A stretch of DNA of 64,000 bases from a virus (IMGVR_UViG_3300025589_000004:34812-98811), one strand, 5' to 3'. Shown: positions 51,231 to 61,145, counted from the stretch's first letter. Program-made: numbers and translations. The notes: generated from the sequence alone by a model not told the origin.

Positions 51231-51267
51231 ATTACTGTCTGGCTTAACAACCAGACAGTAATTTTTT
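51231..51267 (+). terminator. Intrinsic terminator
   Basis: ATTACTGTCTGG-8nt-CCAGACAGTAAT followed by a T run. Confidence 0.9.
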
Positions 51268-51365
51268 ATGTTATTAAATTATTAATTTAAAAATAAATAT
51301 ATTTTGTGACTATATTTTCCAATATATCGTTAATAACATATTTAATTTAATGGAATTTTTAAACT

Positions 51366-52208
51366 ATGGCCACTGACTTAAATAAACTATATACAACAAA
51401 TCAGATTATTCTGCAAAATATTGGTGGATATAAAAAAATAGCAATTAAACCACCATTAATTACATCATTATTTTATCGGAATAATGGCACAATGTATAAC
51501 TCTTGGTGTTTTTTTGCAGATAACTACTCAGAATCTTTAAGAAATGAAATGTTATTGGCTTATACTAGCGCTAAATGTAATAGTTTGATATTTTTGTTAA
51601 GTAATGCTAATGATGATGGCCCTATTAATTTCTTTAAATCTGGATTTGCTAAAGACATAAATTATACAAAGCTATTATTATTGGAATCTTATGTTAAGCG
51701 TATATTTGAGCTTGGTGGTTATCCTATACCTGTATTTTTCTGTGATGATGGAAAAAATATTAAATATCATAATTTATCAGATACCGAATATGAACGTTTT
51801 TTTGGTGTATTGACTACTATATTAAGACCGTATTGTCCAGCATTTGTTATTGGTATTGAAAGCTCAGAATATTTTGATAAAGATAGACATAACTATTTTA
51901 TTAATCTAATTAAACGTTTTGCTCCAGATAGATTTGTAGGAATACATACACAGAAAATACCTAATGGTGGTATGCCTAATGTAGATTTTGTGTTATATGA
52001 GCATTCATGGAATCCAAATGATGGAGATAATCACTCTAAAGAAGAAGTATTACAAGAAGTAGTTGATTTTAGTAGAAAAGTAGCTGATATATATAAGCCA
52101 ACATATATATGGCCTATAGAATTCAATACAAATATAACTGGTAGTAAAATAATAGAGCAGAGTGTATATTTACTTAAAAATGGTTATTCTTCTGTAGCTT
52201 ATTTTTAA
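51366..52208 (+). CDS. Glycoside-hydrolase-like TIM barrel (clan GH-A-like), paralog A
   Basis: IGIESSE, GIH, YEHSW, IEFN; collinear with 57287..58069. Confidence 0.45.
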   Translation: MATDLNKLYTTNQIILQNIGGYKKIAIKPPLITSLFYRNNGTMYNSWCFFADNYSESLRNEMLLAYTSAKCNSLIFLLSNANDDGPINFFKSGFAKDINYTKLLLLESYVKRIFELGGYPIPVFFCDDGKNIKYHNLSDTEYERFFGVLTTILRPYCPAFVIGIESSEYFDKDRHNYFINLIKRFAPDRFVGIHTQKIPNGGMPNVDFVLYEHSWNPNDGDNHSKEEVLQEVVDFSRKVADIYKPTYIWPIEFNTNITGSKIIEQSVYLLKNGYSSVAYF

Positions 52209-52215
52209 TTTGATT

Positions 52216-52968
52216 TTAAGCTAATAGTGGTACATCTGAAGCATCTATGCTACCATTATCTACAGCATTCTGTATATTTCTGTCAGATGATAATTTAGAA
52301 TAATCACCAGAATCCATTGCAGCCCATAATGGAATTTGCTGATATATCAAACTATTTCTCTTTTTATTGCGTTTCTGTTTTCTGTTTTTGTTCATAAATA
52401 CACCACGACGTAATATCAACGATTCATTTATATTATCCAAATAATCTAAAATTTTATCTATATTTTTCTTTAAATCGACATATTCATTCTTTTTACTAAT
52501 ATCTGTAACTTGTTGTTGCATTGCTTTAAATGATTTATCGATAAAATCTGTAGTTAATACTAGACTTATTAGTCCAACAATAGAATCTTCAAAATACTGA
52601 TTTAAATCTTTAAATGCAGACTTATAACTTAAATTATATTTAATATCATCTAATTGTTTATTTAGTGTATTCAAATTATTTTCAAGCTTATCTAATTCTT
52701 CAATCTGATTTTGTTCATCTTTATTTTCAGACTTATTTTCACTGTCTTTATTGTCAACATCAATATCTGTTTTATCTTCTGATTTACATAATGGACATTT
52801 ATTAGTTTTATTTTCTGCTGCAGAAATATAAATGAATCCACATTTGTTACATTTCAAATAACTATCTTTTTTATTATCATCATTATTATTTTCTTTATTA
52901 TTCTTATCTAAATTATCAGTTTTTAAAATTGATTTATTAGATTTATTTAATAGTTGATTATTATTCAT
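52216..52968 (-). CDS. Zinc-ribbon plus coiled-coil protein
   Basis: CNKC...CPLC followed by a heptad-like region. Confidence 0.6.
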   Translation of the reverse strand: MNNNQLLNKSNKSILKTDNLDKNNKENNNDDNKKDSYLKCNKCGFIYISAAENKTNKCPLCKSEDKTDIDVDNKDSENKSENKDEQNQIEELDKLENNLNTLNKQLDDIKYNLSYKSAFKDLNQYFEDSIVGLISLVLTTDFIDKSFKAMQQQVTDISKKNEYVDLKKNIDKILDYLDNINESLILRRGVFMNKNRKQKRNKKRNSLIYQQIPLWAAMDSGDYSKLSSDRNIQNAVDNGSIDASDVPLLA

Positions 52969-52972
52969 ATTA

Positions 52973-53719
52973 TTAAATGTTAGATTTAAATAGTTCAGAA
53001 TCGGCTTTATCCATATTTATTTTTTCTTCATCTATTTCTTCTAATAAATTATTCAAAATAGTTAATAATTTATTTTTCAAGTCCAAGACATTATGTCTAG
53101 CAGAGTTGAATAGAATACTATAACCTCCAGAAGATATAAATTCTTTTACATTTTTTTCATAATCATCAACTAAAATAGCTGGACTATATTTAACAGCAAA
53201 AGTTGCTTTATCCTTTCTACCAACTAAAAAATAATTATCAATAAAATTAAGTTGATTATTAATAAATTCCTCTTTCTCTTTTATACATTTCTGCACTATC
53301 TCTTTTCTTTCAGACTCATCAAAATATTCTGTATTAGGCTTTAAATACGCACTTAATATATTCAATTTAACATTGTCAGCTAAAAAATTATTTAATAAAC
53401 CCTTAAAATTACTAACAAAATCTACTACTTCATCAAAAACTATAACCTCACTAAAAATCTTATAATCATTAAGCGTTAAAAAACTAAGTATATAATCAAT
53501 AATATATCCAGCAGTAGATGGCAATTTCTCTAAATCACTAATATTCCTAAGCTGATTTAATATCCAAAAATAGTATTTAAGACTAAATTTTTTACTTCTA
53601 TTTAATAAGGCTTTTCTATGTTCATTATTATGTAATAATATCTCTAACTTATTAGCTACTGTAGACTTCAAATCTACAATAACACCGTCTAAATCAAAAA
53701 AAATATTTATTTCTTTCAT
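52973..53719 (-). CDS. HAD-family 5'(3')-deoxyribonucleotidase-like protein
   Basis: FFDLDGVIVD, ILSA, K, ILVDDYEKN. Confidence 0.8.
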   Translation of the reverse strand: MKEINIFFDLDGVIVDLKSTVANKLEILLHNNEHRKALLNRSKKFSLKYYFWILNQLRNISDLEKLPSTAGYIIDYILSFLTLNDYKIFSEVIVFDEVVDFVSNFKGLLNNFLADNVKLNILSAYLKPNTEYFDESERKEIVQKCIKEKEEFINNQLNFIDNYFLVGRKDKATFAVKYSPAILVDDYEKNVKEFISSGGYSILFNSARHNVLDLKNKLLTILNNLLEEIDEEKINMDKADSELFKSNI

Positions 53720-53770
53720 TTTTTTGTTATACTCTTAATATTAATAATCATTCAGATATATATTTATATC

Positions 53771-55005
53771 TTAAATTAAATTTAATTTAAGATATTTTAA
53801 ATTTGCTAAAATTCCATCTATATATTCACCACTAATCTGATCAATATATCCATTTATTAGTTTAGCTAAGCGTGGATATAATATATCACTACAGATATTG
53901 TTATCATTATTATTTATTAGGATAAATTGATTATTATAATCATTTTCTTTATTGAATTCTAATATAGCGTGGCCTGTAGTACCAGATCCGGCAAAGAAAT
54001 CCAATATAATATAATTTGGTTTATTAAAGATTTTTAATAGATGTTTAATTAATTTACATGGCTTTGCTGTTTCAAAAACAACATTTTTGCCTAATATTCT
54101 AGCAATTTCTTTTTTAGATTTAACTTCACTATAAGTGCCACAATCTTCTGAAAGTAATATATTTGAATATACAGGCCTACAACTATTATAATAATCTTCT
54201 CTAACTATATAATATACTCTATTCTTATTATAATCAAAATATAATTTATTTTCATTATTCAATTTTTCAATTTTATCTTTTCCAAATGCCCAGCGTTTAT
54301 TTTCTTTTGGATAAAATGCTATTCCAGTCTTTTTGTCAATTATAGGAAAATACATTGATTCTCTTTTATTTAAACCATAATTATTTTTTTCTATTAATAA
54401 TAAATTATATCCACCATATTCATCATTATACTTAAATTTCTTTTCAGATTTTTTAAAATTAAATACAGCATCTTTCTTTCCATAATAATAACATAATATA
54501 TATTCAGTATTATTTGACAACGATTTTTTGATATGTACTGAATTATTTCTATTTATCCAAACAAGCAACTCAAAATTATTTTCTGGGAATATTTCATCAC
54601 ATAAAACTTTCAAATAAGCCAATTCTATTTTATTTATACTTATAAGTATTAAAGTATTACTCCAGATTCTTTATTCAGTAGTTCATTAGCTAACAACAAC
54701 CGTTTCTTCATAAATCCCAACCAAAAATCATGCTTAAAATTATTCCTAGAATAATTATCATTATATAGTAACAAATTCAATCCAATATTGTATGGCGGGT
54801 CTATATATATCAAATTAACTTTATTTCTATATTCTGGTAATAATGTTTTTAATACAAAATAATTTTCTCCTTCTATTATCAAATTATTAGGTTTATTTTC
54901 TAGTAAAAATATACGTTTATCTTTATCCTCTATTAATATAGGAGTTTTATTAATATTTTCCTGAATAATATCTTCTTGTATATCTTCTATTATTAACTTT
55001 GGCAT
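53771..55005 (-). pseudogene. Mod-like (beta-class) amino DNA methyltransferase, frameshifted
   Basis: YIDPPYN in 54649..55005; KP..L and DFFAGSGTTG in 53771..54622. An 8-bp tandem duplication AAGTATTA at 54644-54659 breaks a 408-aa frame. Confidence 0.85.
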
Positions 55006-55013
55006 ATTATGTT

Positions 55014-55022
55014 ATTATACCA
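55014..55022 (-). promoter_or_regulatory. Extended -10 promoter, near-leaderless
   Basis: TGGTATAAT 8 nt before the methylase ATG. Confidence 0.6.
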
Positions 55023-55028
55023 ATTAAA

Positions 55029-56966
55029 TTAAAAAAGACTGAATGTATCCATATTATTATAGTAGTCATTTAGTAGATTTTCAATTGAATTTCTAGATTC
55101 GTCAGGTTTGATTTGATTTGTATTGTCTGGATCAGAAAAGTCAATGCAGAACAATTGTTCCTCGTGGAACATTTCCGGTTTTTTAGTTTGTTTTTTGAAA
55201 TTGCATATAATTTCTGTATTATTTACTAGATTTAATTTTTTGGATTCTCTATTAATAATATTATTTAGAATATCAAATTTTTCTAATAAATGTAGATTAT
55301 CGTAATTGTTGAAATCTGGATGGCTGACTAATACTGGAATTTCTTGGGAGTCAGATATTTTATATGATTTTAGTATTTTGTAATATCTTTGTAGATTTTC
55401 AGGTTTGAGAATAAAGAATAATAGTAAAATACAGGAAACTAGATCGTCAGTTTTATTTAGTGCTTTAAATTTGAAAAGATTATCTCCACGTTTACTTGTA
55501 GATTTGACATATAATTCCATTTCTGATATTACATCATTATCTAGAATAGTTAGGTTATATAGTTTATTATTTAATAGAAAAGTCATATAATTGATAATTT
55601 CATTTTTGATTTGATAGTCTAAATGTATGCCATATCTTGTTTTTCTGGAATTCCTAGAAATAAATATATTTTCGTAATTTAGTTGTCTAATTAAAGTAAT
55701 AAAAGCTTCAGATATACCATTATTTTCAGAGATTATCAATGGATTATTGTATTCTTTGGCGATTTCGTAGACTAATTTAGCAAAATCTTGTAAAATAATA
55801 GAATTATCAGAAAATGTGGCTGCAGTAACTATATTATTTAAATTTGTTATATCCCAAACAATAAATGCATTTTTATCGGATAAACTGCCACTGCTACTAT
55901 CTACTGATAATAGATAAGCTCTATCTTTAATTCTGTCAAGGTATATATTTGGCTCCTTGGACGATGCTATATACGGGCCCTGCACTTTCGGCAATTCCTG
56001 GAAAGACCGGGGTATTTTCTCGGCGATCCTGGAGGCATTTTGTCTAAGTTCTTCAATTAAATTATTTGGAAATACATTCTTGAAATCTGAAGAAACAATA
56101 AATGAATTGCCATATTCCTGAGCAAATTCTTCTTCTGACATTGACTTTAATTGCATTTCTTTCCAAGAATTATCTCGATTATCTACCTCCCACCAATCTA
56201 TACGGACACGCACCCAATCACCACTACATAATTTATCAGCTTCTATAAACATACCATTATTATCTTTATAATCTTTTCCAGACATATATGTATCATAGAA
56301 TAATCCAGAAATACCGTTCGGTGTAGACACCATTATTACCTTAGTATTCAATCCAGATGATATTGTTGGATAAATACTCATCCAAAACTCATCTAAAATA
56401 TTCTTAGCTATTCTAGCGGCTTCATCTACTATCAATACATTAACAGACTTACCTCTAGCACTCTCTGAAGATGTAGATTCTGCCTCTATCCTAGAATTAT
56501 TAGCAAACTCTATACTGCCTTTGTTATATGTAGTTACAGGACACTTCAACCACAATGGCAACATTTCATAAGCAAATCGTATTCTTGACATAATCTCATA
56601 ACAAGTAGATGCCTTATTAGCTACTATCAAGATTTTCTTATCTCGGAAAAACATAGCTAACCACAAACAAAATATAGTATATGTAGTTGTCTTAAAAGTC
56701 TGCCTAGAAGCTACAGTGACTACTCTATTATATCTAGATAATACATCTAAGAATTCTTTTTGTTTATTATATAACTTAATTATTTGCTTACCTTTATCTA
56801 GACTAACTATATAAAAATAATTTTCAGCAAAATATTTAATATCATTTTTACATTTTTCTATTTCATCTAATCGACGATTATACTCTTCCTTAGTTATTAT
56901 CTCTTTAGATTTAACTGATGGTATATTAATATTACCACGATAGTATTTGTTATTTGGATTTAACAT
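55029..56966 (-). CDS. gp17: Terminase large subunit
   Basis: YFAENY, SRQTFKT, RGKSVNVLIVDEAA, PTISSG, STPNG, FAQEY, SVDSS, SENN, DDLV. Confidence 0.95.
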   Translation of the reverse strand: MLNPNNKYYRGNINIPSVKSKEIITKEEYNRRLDEIEKCKNDIKYFAENYFYIVSLDKGKQIIKLYNKQKEFLDVLSRYNRVVTVASRQTFKTTTYTIFCLWLAMFFRDKKILIVANKASTCYEIMSRIRFAYEMLPLWLKCPVTTYNKGSIEFANNSRIEAESTSSESARGKSVNVLIVDEAARIAKNILDEFWMSIYPTISSGLNTKVIMVSTPNGISGLFYDTYMSGKDYKDNNGMFIEADKLCSGDWVRVRIDWWEVDNRDNSWKEMQLKSMSEEEFAQEYGNSFIVSSDFKNVFPNNLIEELRQNASRIAEKIPRSFQELPKVQGPYIASSKEPNIYLDRIKDRAYLLSVDSSSGSLSDKNAFIVWDITNLNNIVTAATFSDNSIILQDFAKLVYEIAKEYNNPLIISENNGISEAFITLIRQLNYENIFISRNSRKTRYGIHLDYQIKNEIINYMTFLLNNKLYNLTILDNDVISEMELYVKSTSKRGDNLFKFKALNKTDDLVSCILLLFFILKPENLQRYYKILKSYKISDSQEIPVLVSHPDFNNYDNLHLLEKFDILNNIINRESKKLNLVNNTEIICNFKKQTKKPEMFHEEQLFCIDFSDPDNTNQIKPDESRNSIENLLNDYYNNMDTFSLF

Positions 56967-57184
56967 AATAAAAAATTTATAGACTTGTCTTAGACAAATA
57001 AAATTAATAAATATATACCAAATTTTGATAGTACTATATTATTTATTTTTTTATCGGTTGATTTTAATAAGAATATTCTTAATTGTTTCTAAATTAATTA
57101 TTATATTCATTAGTATTTGAATCTAAATTATGTGATTTGATTATTCTATTTAACTCATTTTGAATTAAATCTCTTGACATATTT

Positions 57185-57269
57185 TGGTCGAGATATTCAG
57201 AAACGACTCGTTGAAGCAAGAAAATGCTTATGCTGAAACAAAATTGCTTCAGCATGCATAGAAATCACT
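57185..57269 (+). other. Structured non-coding relic, possibly an IS200/IS605 (TnpB) right-end fragment
   Basis: GAAACGACTCGTTGAAGCAAGAAAA, hairpin ATGCTGAA/TTCAGCAT, then AGAAATCACT; 27 bp shared with 12111..12137. Confidence 0.4.
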
Positions 57270-57286
57270 AAAATAGTTAAAATAGT

Positions 57287-58069
57287 TTAACCAATACCGA
57301 CGATGTTTGGATATTTATTAGCTAATTCTATTAATTTATTTTTTTGTTTGGCATAACTATTATCTTCAATAAAAACATTATATTCAATAAATATCATCTT
57401 TTTATTTGGATTATTTTTAGCTATTTCTTCAATTTCGTTACTAAATTTATTTATGTCAATATCTTTAGCGTCAGTCGGAGACCATGAATTTTCTACAAAA
57501 ATAATGTTCAATTCTGAAAATAAATCTGATTCTTTATTCCAATCTATACCACTAGATTTATATTGTAAATGCGTAGAATATAATTCTACTCCAGATAAAT
57601 TATTTTTCATTATATTAAATGCATTTCTTATATTATTGATATTATTAGCTTTTTCATTAGTCTCAATTGATAATAAATATCCAGATATATAATTTTTCAT
57701 ATAATTATGAATGATTTTCCAATTATTAATATGATTATTGATACTTCTCCAATCAGGGTCTTTATCGTCAGTATATAAACATGGTATACTGGCTATATTA
57801 TTAACACCAAAATATGCTATTTTGTTTATTACTTTTTTAAGATTAATATTATTTATATTACTAATATTATTGTCTGTTATATTTCCTGCTTCGTCTGGTG
57901 GTGATAATAAAAATGTAATTGATGGTTGATATCCTGTTGGACAATAAGTTAATATATAATTTTTGATATAACTGATTTCTGAATCTGAAATATCAGATTG
58001 CATAATTGTCCATGTAGATTTACGTTTATGATTATAAATATAAAATAATGGTATAAATAGTTTTTTCAT
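57287..58069 (-). CDS. Glycoside-hydrolase-like TIM barrel, paralog B
   Basis: LSIETNE, STH, VENSW, IEYN; starts 2 nt after gp5. Confidence 0.45.
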   Translation of the reverse strand: MKKLFIPLFYIYNHKRKSTWTIMQSDISDSEISYIKNYILTYCPTGYQPSITFLLSPPDEAGNITDNNISNINNINLKKVINKIAYFGVNNIASIPCLYTDDKDPDWRSINNHINNWKIIHNYMKNYISGYLLSIETNEKANNINNIRNAFNIMKNNLSGVELYSTHLQYKSSGIDWNKESDLFSELNIIFVENSWSPTDAKDIDINKFSNEIEEIAKNNPNKKMIFIEYNVFIEDNSYAKQKNKLIELANKYPNIVGIG

Positions 58070-58071
58070 AA

Positions 58072-59655
58072 TTATATGATATTCAATGAGATAGGCTCTG
58101 TCATCTGTGTTGTATAATCTATATTACTATCAAAATCACTACCAAAATTCTGTGTATATATAGACTCGGTATTAGTTTCACTTTCATCTAATGGTGTGCC
58201 TTCTTCTGAAATCAATGAACCAAAAATCAAACTCATTGGTGTAGCTGGTGGAATATCAAAATTATTACTTGCAAGCCTGACATTAGATTTAGTTGTTATA
58301 TTGATATTGTTACCATTGGTTATTGAAAAAACATTACCTTCATGTATAACGTTAACATCTCCTTTAAATTGTATATATATTGCTTTATTACCATCGCCCT
58401 TATCACGGATAGATATATCTAAAATATTACCTAATTTAATTAATCCTTGTAATGGCGTAACAATTGCTTTTGATATTTCTGGTAGAATAAAAGTAAGTAT
58501 TTGTAATGTTGGTGCTATTGACTCTAATGTATTACGTATATTATTCAATAATAAATCGGTTTGTTGATTTGTAGTAATATGCATGATTTTATTATCAATA
58601 ATTGAATCAAGTTGCGTAGATAAGCTATTCAAATCATTATCTGATAAATTAATATTATATTTTCCACATATATTTTTTAATATATCACTATTAGATAGTG
58701 TAATATTTTTGCTTTTTTCTTTAAGAAATATATTTGTTACTATTGCTTTTTTGCTATCTTCATCAATTATTATTTCTTCTTTACTTTCTTCTTCTAGCTC
58801 TTCTTCACCTTCTTCTTCAGTAGGTAAAAATGATATATTTTTTGCTAATTTTGATTTAATTGAATTAATAATATCATTTATTTTAGATTGATTATTTGCT
58901 AAAATATCAGATATTTTATTAAATATCATATTATTTTGATTAATAGTAGTAATTTTACTAGTAGTCTGCTCAATAAATTCCGTTAACTTTGTAAATGATT
59001 CTATCATACCACCGATAGTTTCTTGATTAATATTACTTAATTGCTCTTTAATAAACTTGCCTGTACCTTCTTCAATTTCACCAGATATGTTACTTAAGAA
59101 TTTACTAGTTTCTTGACCAATGCTACTAAATATATCAACCGATTTAGTTAAATTAGCTGTTTCTTCAGCTATATATCCATTAACCAAATCATCTATATTA
59201 ATTTTATCAGATAATATATCAGATATTTTATTAATACTATTATCAATTTGTTCTCCACTATTTGAAGTATTATAATCAGAAATATCATTGATTGTACTAT
59301 CAAAATTGATTTTATTTGTATTATGTGTTATATTTGTATTTTCTTTACTTAATTTAGATAGATAATCATAATTAGTGCCTGCTGGAATTACACCAAAATA
59401 AAATGGATAATTGATATTACCACCATCAAAAAATACACATACAATTGAATTTTCTTTAGGCGTAGCAAATAAACCATTAGTATTACCATCATTATTAAAT
59501 CCTATTGGAATAACTGGAATAGCATCAGGTAATAAATCTGGCTTCTCTCTATATTCTTCTGGATATATATCAGGCACATAAATCTTACATATACCATTTT
59601 TATTAGGTATAGATTTGACCACAATTCCTTTATAATTACCAAAATAATTATTCAT
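58072..59655 (-). CDS. gp5: Baseplate hub/spike protein (OB-fold N-terminus, no lysozyme domain seen)
   Basis: YFGNYKGIVV...CKIYVP...P..NSIVCVFFDGGNINYPFYFG; short GD/GN beta-repeat near the C-terminus. Confidence 0.75.
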   Translation of the reverse strand: MNNYFGNYKGIVVKSIPNKNGICKIYVPDIYPEEYREKPDLLPDAIPVIPIGFNNDGNTNGLFATPKENSIVCVFFDGGNINYPFYFGVIPAGTNYDYLSKLSKENTNITHNTNKINFDSTINDISDYNTSNSGEQIDNSINKISDILSDKINIDDLVNGYIAEETANLTKSVDIFSSIGQETSKFLSNISGEIEEGTGKFIKEQLSNINQETIGGMIESFTKLTEFIEQTTSKITTINQNNMIFNKISDILANNQSKINDIINSIKSKLAKNISFLPTEEEGEEELEEESKEEIIIDEDSKKAIVTNIFLKEKSKNITLSNSDILKNICGKYNINLSDNDLNSLSTQLDSIIDNKIMHITTNQQTDLLLNNIRNTLESIAPTLQILTFILPEISKAIVTPLQGLIKLGNILDISIRDKGDGNKAIYIQFKGDVNVIHEGNVFSITNGNNINITTKSNVRLASNNFDIPPATPMSLIFGSLISEEGTPLDESETNTESIYTQNFGSDFDSNIDYTTQMTEPISLNII

Positions 59656-61145
59656 ATATCATAAGCCTCTATTGGATTCTTTAATGACATAAATCTGGAT
59701 AAATATAGTGAATCAAAGAAATTATTTTCTTTAAATAACATATCTCGTTTGATTATTAACCAAATTTCTGAATATGCAAAATCTGCAGGATGCATTTGTT
59801 CTGCTGCAGTTTTGAATGCCATAATATAAAACAAATCTCCTGGATTACGTACTAAACTGCCAGATAATAATATATTACAAGAATTATCTATTAGATAATC
59901 ATTGATTTTTTGGTAAATAAATGATTCCATAGCCAATGATTCTGATTTAACATTAGCAAAATTAAGTGTATTATTAGCATCCATGTTCCCAATAATATTT
60001 TCAGGCAATAATGCTTTATATGTATATTCTGTATTTAATACTGGTAATTGTTCTAATGATGCATTATTACCATAAAAATTAAGATTTGTTATTATATTTT
60101 TCGATTTGATTTTTATGCTTTTGAAATTATCAGATTCAGATAAATAATCAAATTTATTATATACATAATCAGCTAAATCTATTATATTTTTTACTGGATT
60201 ATTGACATTTGCCGTATATAGACTTTTAATTACATTCTGATTAATATTGACTATACCAGTAGAATTACCTTGACTGACTAAAAATCCAACATAATTAGAT
60301 GCAGATTTGTTGTTATCTATTATATTATTTCCTTTAGAATTATTAATTACTTCATTTAATTTTTTCTGGATATATGGCTTTAAATAAAATGGAATAAATG
60401 TCTTTGTTCTAGTATTATAAATATAATATAATCCAAGATTTTCAATATTAAACGTGCGTTCAGAAATATATTTTAATAAATCTAGAATACTGGTATTGTT
60501 ACTAGTAATTACTGATAATTCATTATTATCATTATTAATAGCTTCCAATAAAGATATATCTACATTAATCAAATCTGGTATAGTAATAAATCCTTTAATA
60601 TCTTTAAATATATCAACTATTTTTTTATTATTTTTATTATGATTACTATATATTATTTTTCTATTTAATAACAACTCTAGAATTGAATATAAATTAGCTC
60701 TGATTAAAGTAACAGAATTCTCTTGTAATTTATTAATAATTTCAAAATTAGCTAAAAATACATGTTCAAAATTATGTGCTCGGTCAAATTCAATAACATT
60801 TGTAGCACCAGTAGCTGAATCAATAGTTAATTTATCAATTTTAATAATACATATTATATTACTTTTACCAATTAAATTGGTAAGAAGACATTTAGTATCT
60901 CTAATTATAATATAACCTTTTGGGCATAAATTATTTATAGAATTTGTAATACTAATTTCCAATATATCCTTAATATCTATATAACCAACCATATCTTTTT
61001 CTGAAACATTATTTTTAATAGAATCAATTAAATTGAGTATATTTAATTTATTTTCTGGATTAATAATATAAAATGAACACATTAAATTATATTCACCAGT
61101 TTCTGTTTTAAATGTAGTAGTACTGATTATTGTTGGTGTATTCAT
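59652..61145 (-). CDS. Putative baseplate hub protein (gp27-like)
   Basis: Lies between gp53 and gp5; EISITNSINN..PKG.I.I.D and G.L.R.PGD...WLI motifs. Confidence 0.5.
   Translation of the reverse strand: MNTPTIISTTTFKTETGEYNLMCSFYIINPENKLNILNLIDSIKNNVSEKDMVGYIDIKDILEISITNSINNLCPKGYIIIRDTKCLLTNLIGKSNIICIIKIDKLTIDSATGATNVIEFDRAHNFEHVFLANFEIINKLQENSVTLIRANLYSILELLLNRKIIYSNHNKNNKKIVDIFKDIKGFITIPDLINVDISLLEAINNDNNELSVITSNNTSILDLLKYISERTFNIENLGLYYIYNTRTKTFIPFYLKPYIQKKLNEVINNSKGNNIIDNNKSASNYVGFLVSQGNSTGIVNINQNVIKSLYTANVNNPVKNIIDLADYVYNKFDYLSESDNFKSIKIKSKNIITNLNFYGNNASLEQLPVLNTEYTYKALLPENIIGNMDANNTLNFANVKSESLAMESFIYQKINDYLIDNSCNILLSGSLVRNPGDLFYIMAFKTAAEQMHPADFAYSEIWLIIKRDMLFKENNFFDSLYLSRFMSLKNPIEAYDI

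Noticed and set aside
44359-56966. Inteins or introns in the polymerase or terminase
   Set aside because: Lengths are normal, motifs are contiguous and no splice motifs are present.
12201-56997. Short palindromes AAAGATA-G-TATCTTT (12201) and TTGTCT-T-AGACAA (56985) as operators
   Set aside because: Arms of 6-7 bp are expected by chance at this AT content and share no sequence.
12111-57269. Dispersed 22-52 bp repeats as a CRISPR array
   Set aside because: Only 2-3 copies each, kilobases apart, with no regular spacers and no cas genes.
56967-57286. tRNA in the structured intergenic region
   Set aside because: No cloverleaf, T-loop GTTCRA or CCA end.
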